From contig NC_086381.1 in the NCBI RefSeq assembly GCF_036588685.1, positions 6,758,001 through 6,822,000 on the forward strand: a DNA stretch of 64,000 nt, read 5' to 3'. The position numbers and the translations under genes are program-made. Origin of the DNA: Mytilus trossulus. Taxonomy: Eukaryota. The notes beneath the pieces were generated by a model. The model was given only the letters and a program-made list of their open reading frames with translations. It did not search any database and was not told the DNA's origin. Shown here piece by piece: positions 1 to 12,400 of the stretch; within the stretch, counting starts at the first letter, position 1, and each line of letters opens with the position of its first letter.

Positions 1-756
1 TGCTGTACAATTTTGTATTTTTTTCGTCACTGGTGAGTCTCGTGTGGACTAGACGCGTTTTTGGCGTATTGAATTTTAAACCTGATGCTTTTTGTTATCT
101 ATTAATCATGCTTTTCTTTGTCTAATATGTTCTGCTTTTTATTTGTATTGTAGTCCTGTAATTTTTTGTTTTCATTTCAATGTTATATTTAACTGTGCCA
201 TTAAAGTGCGAGGTTTGGCATGCCTTAAAACCAGGTTCAACCCACCACTTTTATTCCCCTTTAAAAGTGTCCTGTACCAAGTCAGGAAGATGGCCATTGT
301 TATAATATTGTTCGTTTCTGTTTTCTCTTATTTTTGAGATAAGACGTGGCACGGTACTTGTCTATCCCATATTCATGTATTTGGTTTTGATGTTATATTT
401 GTTATTCTCGTGGTGTATTGTCTGTTGCTTGGTCCGTTTCTGTGTGCTGTTGCGTTTCCGTGTTGTGTCGTTGTTCTCCTCTTATATTTAATGCGTTTCC
501 CTCAGTTTTGGTTTGTTGCCCCGATTTTGTTTTTTGTCCATGGATTTATGAGTTTTGAACAGCGGTATACTACTGTTGCCTTTATTTGACAACGAATGTC
601 CATTCAATCTGATTAAAAATAATACAACACTCAATTCTACTTTTAGTTTAAATATTTTTCGGGATCCTTTGGTTCTTATAATAATACACACGTAGGCTGA
701 CATTGTTTAAGTACCAGTAACATAAAGTAGAGCTGAGTGATGACGAATGCTTTTAA
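1..756 (+). repeat. Direct duplication, copy 1 (probably extends left of the window)
   Basis: Apparently identical to 18096-18851 at offset 18095; the ORF track gives identical peptides at both. Confidence 0.95.
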
Positions 757-1084
757 GGGAGTATGCTGCTCAGGTTGATGTAATTAGAATGCTTTAAAAT
801 GGCATAGAAAATAAAGATATAACACTTTTTAACATGTTTTCATGTTTAATTAAGAAATCCATGTCAAAATTTTTTTTTATCATACAATCAGAAAAGGGAG
901 GTAATTCTTCCCATTTTCAATAGAAAAAATACCTTTACCTTTAAATAAAAAAAATCTCATATAAGTAAAACATAAAACAATAAATCAATTACAATTCATA
1001 ATATTTAGTATAAATTCTTGTCAAATTGCAAAGAATTTAATACTTGTTTTGCAGAATGATGATAAATTTCAGCACCACCTATAA

Positions 1085-1845
1085 CATGGATTTTTCCAAA
1101 AATCCACACTTCCTACAACTTTTTAGGTAGTAAAAAATAGGAAATTGTAATTAGAACCATATTTCAATAATTAATAGTTAAAAAGGAAGGTCTTATGACC
1201 TTAAAAACTGATACAAGAAAAAAATCCATGTTGGAATTAGAAAAAAATCTTCATTTCAATTTTCAAAAACTGAATTTTGCCCAAAATCTTCACTTTTTAC
1301 GACCTTTAAAGGCTTAAAAAATAAGAAATTGTAATCAGAACCACATTTTAAAAATTAATATTTAAGAATGAAGGTCTAATGATTCTTAAAACTGATTAAA
1401 GAATAAAATCCATGTTGGAATTCCAAAAAAAATCTTCATTTGAAATTTTCAAAAACTGGATTTTACCCAAAATCTACACTTTTTACAACCTTTTAGGGTG
1501 TACAAAATAGGAAATTGCAATCATAACCACATTTCAAAGTTACGGGTTAAAAAGAAAGGTCTAATGATCTTAAAAACTGATACAAGAAAAATATCCATGC
1601 TGGAATTCGAAAATTTATAAGCATAATTGAGATTTTCAAAAACTAGATTTTACTCAAAATCCAGACTTTCTACAACCTTTAAGGGGTAAAAAATTAAAAT
1701 TGTAATTAGAACCATATTTTAATAATTAATAGTTAATAAGGAAGGTATTATGATCTTGAAAACTGATACAAGAAAAAAAATCCATGTTGGAATTAGAAAA
1801 TAAACTGAATTTGAATTTTCAAAAAACTGTGGTTTTGCCCATATT
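1085..1845. repeat. Subterminal tandem repeat, ~185-bp unit x ~4, inside the transposon
   Basis: AAAATC(C/T)..ACT...AAATTGTAAT..GAACCA...AAAAACTGATACAAG...ATCCATGTTGGAATT recurs at ~1099, 1283, 1468 and 1655. Confidence 0.85.
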
Positions 1846-2631
1846 TTGTTCAATTTCAGTAGTATTACTGCCTCATTTTACTTTAAAAACTTCATAAACA
1901 AAAATTAAAGTATATTTATGGAGCAAATTATTATGTGATGTTAGCTAGTAAACATAGTTTTCCAACTTTTTCCTTTTGTCAATCTGTAACACACAGTCAT
2001 ATGTTGACCATCACAGGAAGTTTCTGGAAAATAGCCAAGTTCAAAAATCCAGAATTTTGTTAAAATTTAACCCTTTAACATCATAACTGGAAAAATTAAT
2101 AAACTTATCATGCATACCATAATATGATACAATTGTTATTATACCTTGAAAATGAAAGGGAATTAAAACAATTACATGTAAGGCACCATTCAGGTACCAA
2201 CGTTCCCTTACAATGTAAATATTGACAAGTGCAGTAAGAGGTCCATGACAATACTCAAAATTATCCCCTTTATTTTTTCAGAATAAATCATTTGTAATAG
2301 CTGATATATTTTTTAAGTACAATACAGTCCCTATGATCAATTTGAATTAAAGTATTTTCCAAAATATCAATAGAATTAGATGACTCTCCACTCTTGCTTA
2401 GACCAAAATTTCATGCTTCAGATAATAAATGGATAGAAAAATTAACATTCTCAATAACAAAAAATACCTGAACATTAATTTACATGCCAATTAGTTTTTT
2501 AAACAAAACAAATTTACACTCTGAAAACCATAGTCTATATAATAAATTTTGAATATGAAATAACCTAAAGCAAAATTGGAATGCAGTTCAAATTCGGATA
2601 TACAAATATGAAAGATACATGCTAAAGTACA

Positions 2632-3437
2632 TCACTCATCTGGTTTTAAACTTTTGAAAAAGTCTGATATGGCATCAACTATCTTCTTTGATTTGGTAAC
2701 ACGCACTTTTCCATTTACATCCTCCTCTTTCAGAACATCTTCTATTCCTTGGCGGCCATCTCTTGCATATGAAATACGTAGGTGAGAAAAAGACATGCCA
2801 CTTGCTGCTATTACATTTGCAGTTCTTAGTGTAATTACTTTCTTCTCTGTAAGAGGTGTCAAAGTAGGGAGAAGTAGTTTTGTTTTCTGGTTGTGGTCAT
2901 ATCTCCTTGCAGCTGAATCAAAGGAAAAAGATGACAATTGTTTTGCTTCTGTTGATGGAGCCAAGTGATGGAAAAGACGACTCAAAGCAACAACGTCCTC
3001 CATTGAATCATGACCGTCATATGTTTCATTTAATACTGTATTGTACAAATTTGATTGTGCATATGAGGTTAATCCAGGTAACAAAGATTTAAAAAGTTGT
3101 AGTGTGTCTAAAAATCCAAGAATGGAACATGAAAATTCATTCATAATTGAACAGTTATTTAAAGCACAAAACAGCACTGGTATGTCATATGACTTGATGT
3201 TATGACCTATAATTACATTTTTCTTGTATTGTGCTAAAAATAATATTAACATCTTTAAAGCCTCTTTGATGCCAACAGATTTCACTTCCTTGTCATGGCA
3301 AAACATCTTGCTACCTTCAACTTTGATCCCTGTTATTTCCTGTGCCTTAGGTGTTATTGGTTTCTTTGGAAGTACATATGTGTTGATAGAACCTTTGTCA
3401 GATGTTGCAGAAATCTGTGTTATGTGAGAGTTTCTTG
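2632..3437 (-). CDS. Exon 9, DEDDh exonuclease body and PML-like C-terminal region
   Basis: Lies in ORF 2632-3495; ExoII GHNIKSYD and ExoIII HDSMED; acceptor TTTCAG; ends in TGA. Confidence 0.92.
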
Positions 3438-6400
3438 CTGAAATATAAAAGGCATAATATTGGTAAATCACTTTCATGATAGGCATGTTGAACAAGCACT
3501 ACTAGCCAACAGAATCATGCCAATAAGAATTGAAAAATGCATTTACTAGAAATTTTTTAAACTATACAAGCCCAAGCTTTCGAAGCCGGTCATTCATATT
3601 ATCTATACTATTTGAATGCTCATTGATCCCAGTTTTTGTTTTCAAGAAAGTAGTAAACTGAAGCTAAAATTGTCAAATCAACGACTATAACATAACCTGG
3701 GTACTGAACAGTCCATTTTGAGAATAAACTTGTTTTGTAAATTTGAGACCTAACATTTGACCATACATTGTTCTTTGACCAAAGAATCCATACATATTTT
3801 GGACTTTTTATAGCTTACTAGGAAGTATGGGCTTTTTTCATTGTTGAAGGGAATACAGTGACCTATTGTTGTTAATTTCTATGCTATTTGATCTCTTGTG
3901 AAGAGTTGTTTCAGGGGCAATCATACCACATATTTTTTAAATACACAATATATTGGAGGCATACAAGTATAACATATAGCACACACAGCTCACCCTTTTA
4001 GAGTACCTGTATATAATTTATGTTTTAAGTGTGGTTCATCGTTTTTGTAGTTGATCAATTTTATAAAGAATTTGTCTGGTAATTTAGACACATGTATAAA
4101 GTTTCAATTTTTTTAATGAAAAATAGGGTTGCAATTTCAACACATGACCATATGAAAGCAATTCTGAAAACATATGTCAAATCAAAATTTCTATAGTAGA
4201 GATATATCTTTTTACTGCAATCATACCTAAGCCTGTTGCTTCAATGTCAAAGAAAATGTTATTCACTGTAGTGGACCATTCAATAGTTTGGTATGCAGGT
4301 TGAAGTGATGGACTTGGAATTTCTTCAATGTCATCTGAAAGGTGGTCTTCCAAGCCAATGCCAGAAGAATAAGTGACACCTTCTCTAACTTCTCTTGTTG
4401 CAAGCTTTTGATGTCTGAAATAATCCAAAAGGAATAAGTAGCAAAATGAGGCATCATAAAGGGTCTCTTCAGCCTTAGTCAATTAATTATCAATTACTGT
4501 GGATTCATAATTATTCGTTGGATACCAATTTTCGTGGATTTCGTGGGAACAGTAGAACCACGAAATTAAATGTTCAACGAATTACAAATTTTCAATAGGC
4601 TTGTATGCAGACTTCGGCAAAACCACGAAATCAAATATCCACGAACATGTAAGTTTAGCTCAATCCACGAAAATTGGTACCCACGAAAATAAAAGAATCC
4701 ACAGTAGTCAAAATACATTGAGTTATCATACAACATAGGTATTTGTACAAAGGCGGTACTTATTAATTTGAAATTGTTTGACATTTGTTTCTTTTTTTCT
4801 TCTAAAAGTAAAAGAAGTTTAAAATAATCATTTAACGAATTTTAGTCAGATTAGGTTTTATTTCTAATATATGAAAATGTTCCACAGTGTTTAGTACATT
4901 ATTTACGAATAATACGAACATATGGATAGAGTAGCTACTAAATGTAGAAGGACTTGATTGTTTTACTCACAAACTGAATACAGTCCTGACATTTTGGTGT
5001 TTTTTTTTAAAGCATGCTTTATCATTATTATACATGTTATATGCAGCAAAGGTAAAAATATTTTCCAATTGGTTGCAGGAAAATATTGTCACAAGTGCAC
5101 TGTGTTTGTATGCTTATTGTGACATTCATCAATCAAATAAACTTATTTGATAGTCAGCTCATTGGTAATCCCACCCTTAAAATTCAAATAGTCCTGTCAA
5201 ACTAAGATTTAACCTCAAATTAATTGCAACAGAAAATGTTTCAGTTAATCTATAGCATTATGCCCTTTATATACACAGAAAAAAGTCCCATAAAATCTAA
5301 CTTGAGGAAAACTCAAAATCAGCATTTCTAATTTCCTATGGAAATTTATATTGGATGGGGAGATAACTCTTGCAAAAATAAGTCTTTTTTGGTCAGTTTT
5401 TGGTTGTTTTTCTAGAAATTTATGTAAAGTATGATACTTTGATGGGGTTATAAGTTTGTATTTGACTAAATTATATAATCTTCTGCTCCTGATATATACA
5501 AAACCGAAGTGTTCTGGATAGTTTTATTTTTTTCTTGCACCTTTATTAAAGAAATTGCAAATTTGAAGCTTTGTAATCATTTTGAAAAAATAATGTGAAA
5601 ATTTGGTATTGTTTATATCTGTATATTATACTTAAAGTTGTTTGTTATACTCTAAAGACCGCTAAAAAGTCAAGAATCAATACATTCTGATGAATAGAAG
5701 CAGTAAAGATATAATTTTGTATCCTTTTGTATCAGTTTTTATTGATATATCTGCCTTTTTTTGCAAGAGTTATCTCCCTTTTCAATGCAAATCTCCATAA
5801 CATGGTGATTTTTTAGTCTTCCTAAAGCTAGATTTTATGGCACATTTTTCTGTGTATATTTGGGGTATGATGCTCAAGATTAAAACTTTAAAAATGTACT
5901 GTTGCAATTACTTTCAAGTTAAGGTCAAATTTATGCTAGATTGACTTGAATAAAAATTAGTAACACAGAAATAATCCCCTAAAAGATGGATCCTTTGGGA
6001 GAACATTCCGCTAATTTCAAAAAGCGTTAAAAGTTTAGGTACCTTGTTGACTTTAAATTTCTTCGTCTTTGTTTGAACCTATAAGTATTTGCTATCGCCT
6101 TTCTTTTCCGGTGTTGAATATCTCTTAGGACTGCCAAACGTAGAGTATAATATCCTGGGGATACAGACATGTTCTTGTTAACCTGAAATATAAAAATATC
6201 ACATTATAAATAATCATTACTATTCATGTTATTATAGAACTGTCATTGTAGTTGCAATACTTTCATTCCTGCATATCAAAAGAGATATATATTGTTTTGA
6301 AAATATTACAAAGGTAACACAGTTATCTGTGGACACAGCTTTCTTCAATTGACATTGATGTCATAAACAATCAGCCATAATAGATTAATAATTATATTTT

Positions 6401-9400
6401 GATATCTCCTGCACATAGGTACCTAATTCAACATGATAGATGATTAAATTTAAATTCCAATCCTAATTAGTATAACTTAATTCTGAATTTGTTTTTCATG
6501 TATTTATTCTTTTTTATTTGGGAGAGTGGTCTGTTGTCTTTGGTCAATTGATGTTTAATTTTTGGTTTGGCCTATTATCCTTTGTCTCATTTCTTTCAAG
6601 TAAGAATTCATCAGTTATGCTCAGACAAAATTAAATTATCAGTGGGATATTTCCAATTATCATTATCATGGTATTTGTGCAATTTATTATAATTAAGGAG
6701 AATAATTAACAGTAAAACCTTACATCTAATATATATTTATTCCCTTCATTCTTCTGAGCAACACAAGCCGCTATTCTATAGTTCAAAGAACCAGACGAAC
6801 TGTAGTGTTGTTGTTTAGGGGCCTTGGAAGCTACAATTCTATTAAAACTTTCGTTTGCCTGAGTACTTCCTAATGACGAAAGTTTACCACTATTCTCAGC
6901 ATACTTGGTGAACACACTCTTTAAATCATTCTGAAGGGCCCCATCTGTGAGTGGTTTACCATGTGGCAATGAGTTAAACTTTTCATTTGGGTTATCCAAG
7001 AACCTACACCAAGTGTTGTTACAACGCTCATGCTGTCCAAAAGGGTGACCAGAAAGAGCCAGTATACTTTCTTTTATCATGTCTGGATTTCCTTTGCCTT
7101 GAGCCAGTATATAGTTGAAACAGCGTTGTAAATACTGAATAACTTTTATTGTCAATGTTTTATGCTTCTTCCTTATTTCATAAAGACTGTTTCCCAGCAG
7201 TTTTTTAACATGGTTTGAGTCCGACACCTTTGTTATATCCTTGTCAACATTTGCTCTTAGTCTAGCAATAGTAGTGCTGTCTTCATCACCTACTATTGAG
7301 CTAACACTAACACCCTTTTTCCCCACATCTTTGACCATTTCTGTGACCATGTCTGCTTCCATACTCTTTGCACTCCCAGACCAATTCATGTGACACTCGT
7401 GCACAGGTGGTGAGCTTTTAGATTTTTCTGCCAAAGAGCAAACTCTGCATGACTTTATTCGGACTGCATAATTAACTATTTTTCCAGTTTCGGTACCTAT
7501 CATAGAACAATGACCTGAAAAAAATGAAGATTCAATAAATTGATAATAAATTTCTCACATTTATATAAATATTTTAAGAAGTCCATGAATGTCAGCATAC
7601 ATTTATACATTGTATATTCTAAAATCATAATTCATTACTTTTTTATCTAGTATACATGTATATTTCCAAAGCAAAGGCATTCCATTCCCATTGTGGAACA
7701 ATTTATAAACCTCATACACTACATGGTTAAATTCAGCATATTGTTGTTTGCCCCTAATTCCTAAACAGTTAGGGCCATAGCACCGAAATCAATCTTTTTT
7801 TTAGTGGAACCTTGTGGAACAAGATCCATACACTTTCACACAAGTTATTGTCTTAAAACTAGAAAAATGCTTTTTTAATACCGTTTTTTTTAGGCCCATA
7901 ATTCCTAAACTGATGGGACTATAACCCCTTAAATCAATCCAAATCTGCCTTTTGGGATTTTAAACCTTGTGTTTAAATCTAAAATAGACCCATTCACTTA
8001 AACTTAAGTTATTGTGTGGAAACTAAGTGTCTTCAGACCACACAGACAACGACGATGTGATACCAATATACAGCAGAAAATGGTTTTTGTTCGTATAAAA
8101 ACAAAAGGATCATGAACTCTCCTGGAAACTATGAATCTATGAGTTGGCGAACAGGTTCTATCAATTTCTACAGTGTACACATTTTATGTATTAGGTGCAT
8201 TAATTTTGAATTAAACACTGTTTATCCAGTCAAGTTCATTCATGTATAAATAGGGTCAATGCAGTCACAAAATTTTGCTATTCTATAGTTTTTTGACATG
8301 TTTATGGTTTAAAAATCTAACAAGAGCAAAGTCAGCAATGGACATTTGCCCCTATTCATTATAAACAATGCACATACTTGAAATTGCATTCATTGTATTG
8401 TGACCTTTGGTAATTCAGAGTTGTAGAAAGTAATTTTTTTTTTGCAACATTTTAAAGTGGAAATTTATATGGAAATCTTTTATTTTATGACCAGTGGTTT
8501 GCTGTTTAACCTAAATGTAATTGGTTGTTGTGTCATTAGATATAGGAAGATATGGTATGAGTGCCAATGATACCTCACTCCCTCCAAATATTAATAACAT
8601 CTTATTAAAGTAAACAATTATAGGTCAATATGAATATACGGCCTTCAACACAGAGCCTTTTCTTTGACTATTTATACAGACATCATTTAGAGAATTACCT
8701 ACCAGACAAACTGTTATAAGACCTTCCACTGCCCCTCATTTGCCATCCCGCATCTACAGCAGCTGTTATACTATCTTGGTCTTTATTTCTGAAAGAAAAA
8801 AGATCAATTTCCATTACAGTATATAACACTGACAAACTATACAATTTTGTAAGCAGGTCTATAAGTGACACCAAAGGTGAAAGCATGACTAGTACTCGCC
8901 CGTCAGTAAGGTTTCAACTTTTTTGGGATTATTTATTCCCTATTGAAATAACAATAAAAAATTAGCTATGAAACTCTTCTTTGATGAGTAACTGATCAAG
9001 TTCGCGTTTGTTTTCGTGGTCAGTTTTATTTTTTTTGCAAAATTACTGCTTATGGAGTTTATTTTGAAAATTCCTCCATATAGCTTTTTTTTTGGTATTT
9101 TTTTCTTAACAGGTTGTTTTATTGAGCTGATTTTAAACCAGATGCCATTCGCCCAATCCGGCATTTATTAAAACATCATTTCTTATTTACTTATATTGTC
9201 TAAGCTATCAATCAAGTTTCATGAAACTTTGTTCAATAGTTCCCGAGGAGAAAGAGATGAAAAGAATACATGTTAATTTGTTTCCCTACCAATGTGAGGG
9301 AGCCATTAATATATAATACTAGTAAAAATATGTCTTACCTTTTAGTTAACTCTACTTCCTCACACAGGGCTTGATCTACTGTTTCTTTTGCTACTTCTTG

Positions 9401-12400
9401 TAGTGCAACTCCAACATCCTTTTGCCTAGCTGACATCATACAATGGCTCACAGGAGGAATATTTAAACCAGATAGTAATGTGTTGACTTGCCTTTCACCC
9501 AGTCCTGCATTTATTGAAGCTATTAAAAAAAAACTATAAATAATAATAGTGAAGGCAGTTCTATAAATCAAAAACCTAATCTAATACAATATTTTTGTAA
9601 ATCATTTTCATTTGGTAATAACTGACAGTAAAATTCTCTATGTATACATGCATGCCTTGGCCAGGACAGGGCATGTTTTTTACTGCCATTTGGCAACAAT
9701 TTTTAAATTGCAATAGATTTAACACTGATTATACTGCAATCACCTATTTTACTATACAGATAAAGCTATACGTATAAACATTAGCTTTACACGTCAATGC
9801 CCTCAATTAATCTATAAGCCCCGCCTTCTTACTGGAACTACTGTATTCCATCAACAACGTCACGTCACGACCATGACATGTACTTGATTAATAACATTTG
9901 ATAAACATGGTTTATAAATAACAATTTAAAGACATAAAAGTTTAAATTCATAAAAGAGTGACCATTGTTACTTTACACTGTCAGGGGTTAAAAAATCCAC
10001 TAGCCCGACGCCCGGGACTAGACATTTACGTCTCGGGCAACCAAAACTTATAACCCAGTATGCCCGACGGACTAGTAACAAAAAATTCTTGGCGTGTCTA
10101 AAATAGAAAGTGGAAAATCCCTTCATCACTTTTCTGTCTTAGCCAATCAGATCGGGATAAGCAAAAAAGAACGTTCATAGCGACATGGAATGAAAGATTC
10201 CTGTGGGCAAGGTCACTTGTTGAGGATGAAAAGCCAGAGACTATGTACAAAATGCCCTTTCAAAAAATGACACACATTCCCAGCATCTTATGCAGCACAC
10301 CCTGAGTGATTTGTAAGTGATACTTGGGCTAGCAGGTTGGTTTTGATGGGCTAGCAGTTCTTGAAACATGGCTAGTAAAAACCACCTGCCAAAAAGTCCT
10401 GGGCTAGTTAGCTGTAACAAAAATTTTTAACCCCTGGACTGTATGTATGTTATTAAATCAAATACCTGAAGCAAGCTTTACATTTGCATCCCATATTCTC
10501 TCCTGTCTTTTCCCAGTTGGTATATTATTGACATGTCTACACACTGTGTTACTACAAGGAATCTGCCAAAAAAGTTAAACCACATCTTTACATTTATTCC
10601 ATTTTATTCATATATAATTACATTAGATGTGCTTAATACAAAATGTACTTCGGTCAATGCTTTTACACCCAAATGAATTTACAAAAAGAAGCATTCAATT
10701 CTTAAATATATTACACTAATTGAAGCAAAAGTCAGTCCATTTTCTACTGTAAAATTTTACAAAGCAAAATAAAGCAAAACAGAAAATAAACTTAAATCTC
10801 AAAGTTTAAATTTATCAAATTCATTTAATTTCTGAATGACTTAAAAACTTAAAAAGGGGCAAAAGTCAGAAACAATGATTGAAAGTGATCCCACATTGGA
10901 ACTATAAATTTCAAATCATTTTGATGATGCAACGTTAAGTAAGAAAACAGAAAACAATTTCTTAGGTACTGTTGCACCAACAGACATACAAGGGAACAGT
11001 CTATTGACAGTCACACATGTTTCGAAAGTCAATTCGGCACCAAATTTTTCATCAGTATTATAACAACAAACAATTTCAATGATCACTCAGTATATTTTAA
11101 CCCAGTTGTACCTTTAGAATAGCAGACAATCCACATGTAAGTATACTGGTAGTGTGTCCAAGTTGTAAAGGAAGTCCACATTTTGCACACCCACGCAATC
11201 CATCAGCAAGTATACCAAGCTCAACAACTCTTCTTCCTTCTCGCCATTGTGTAAAGCTTCTTGAATTTGGCACTTGAACCTCTTCTTCATGATCAACCCC
11301 AATTGGAAACACTAAAATTACAAAAAGTAACTTGAAGTTAAATAGATGTCATAAAATCTGTATTTTATTCTTTTACATAAGAATTATTTCTTGAGAATCA
11401 GGCCATGGAAAATTAATTGTTGGTTTCCCCAAACTAAGGAAAATTTAAAGACCCGGCAGGCAGGCTATTTTTTTTTTTTTTAATTTTTTTTTAAATAACC
11501 CGATCGGGTTAGGGGAAACCATGCTTCAATTATTTTTCCATGGCCTCAGTTGTGATGATAGAGTAAGGAAATATTGTAAATGCCTTCCCTTTCAATAACA
11601 ATTGATAGATCTAATTCTATTTATATTTGCCGTACTCTAATAAACAATATATTAAATACATGTATATGTCAACTTTCTCCTATAATAATAAGCATCTACT
11701 TTTAGTTATTCCTATTCAGTTTTCAGTTTATGGCTGTTTTTAAGTTAGGGACAGTACTGATATAAGTAGCTTAGATAAGGAACATGTTAAGGGAAGATAC
11801 TGTAGATGTACATGATATTTTCCAAAACATATATGAAATAAAAAATGTGTTAAGAAGGTTTTTTTTTCACATCACCAAATTAACCCCCTTTTTCTAGAAT
11901 TTTTCAATAACCATAACATAATAATTCAGTATTCCATCAAAAGAAATGAATTATCTAATATATATATATATTTTTTTTGTCAACAGATACTATGAAAGTT
12001 CAGCCTACATGTAAAAATTTTCAGACAAATATCAGAGGGTGGTAAATGTTTTTTGTCTTCCTTTTTGTTTCATATGTTTCCTTGCCAGGTGGTTTTTACT
12101 TACAGTAGTTTGTGATAATCATCAAAACAACTCTACAATTATTTCTATGCAATGTTTTTGCGATTTTAATTTCATGTTTTACAGTGTTCCGTTATCAGGT
12201 CTGTTCATGCTTAATAATACAGTTTCGCACCCTACATGTTTGCACCTCTCATGTTCGCCCCTAAGTTGGTTCGCACAGAATACATGTTGAAGTCAAATTT
12301 TCATAAAAATTCCAGTTAAATTATTAGATATTTTTTAATACATGTACATTTATGTATACAAATGTACATTGTATGTATACAAAAATATTATAAAAATTAT

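Noticed and set aside
92-703. Short ORFs 92-337 and 488-703 and their duplicates
   Set aside because: They lie in dispersed repeats, have low-complexity composition and show no recognisable domain.
8699-8702. Alternative donor 4 nt downstream for exon 5
   Set aside because: It would break the frame with exon 6; the 8703 donor gives the conserved SLSGHCSMIG.
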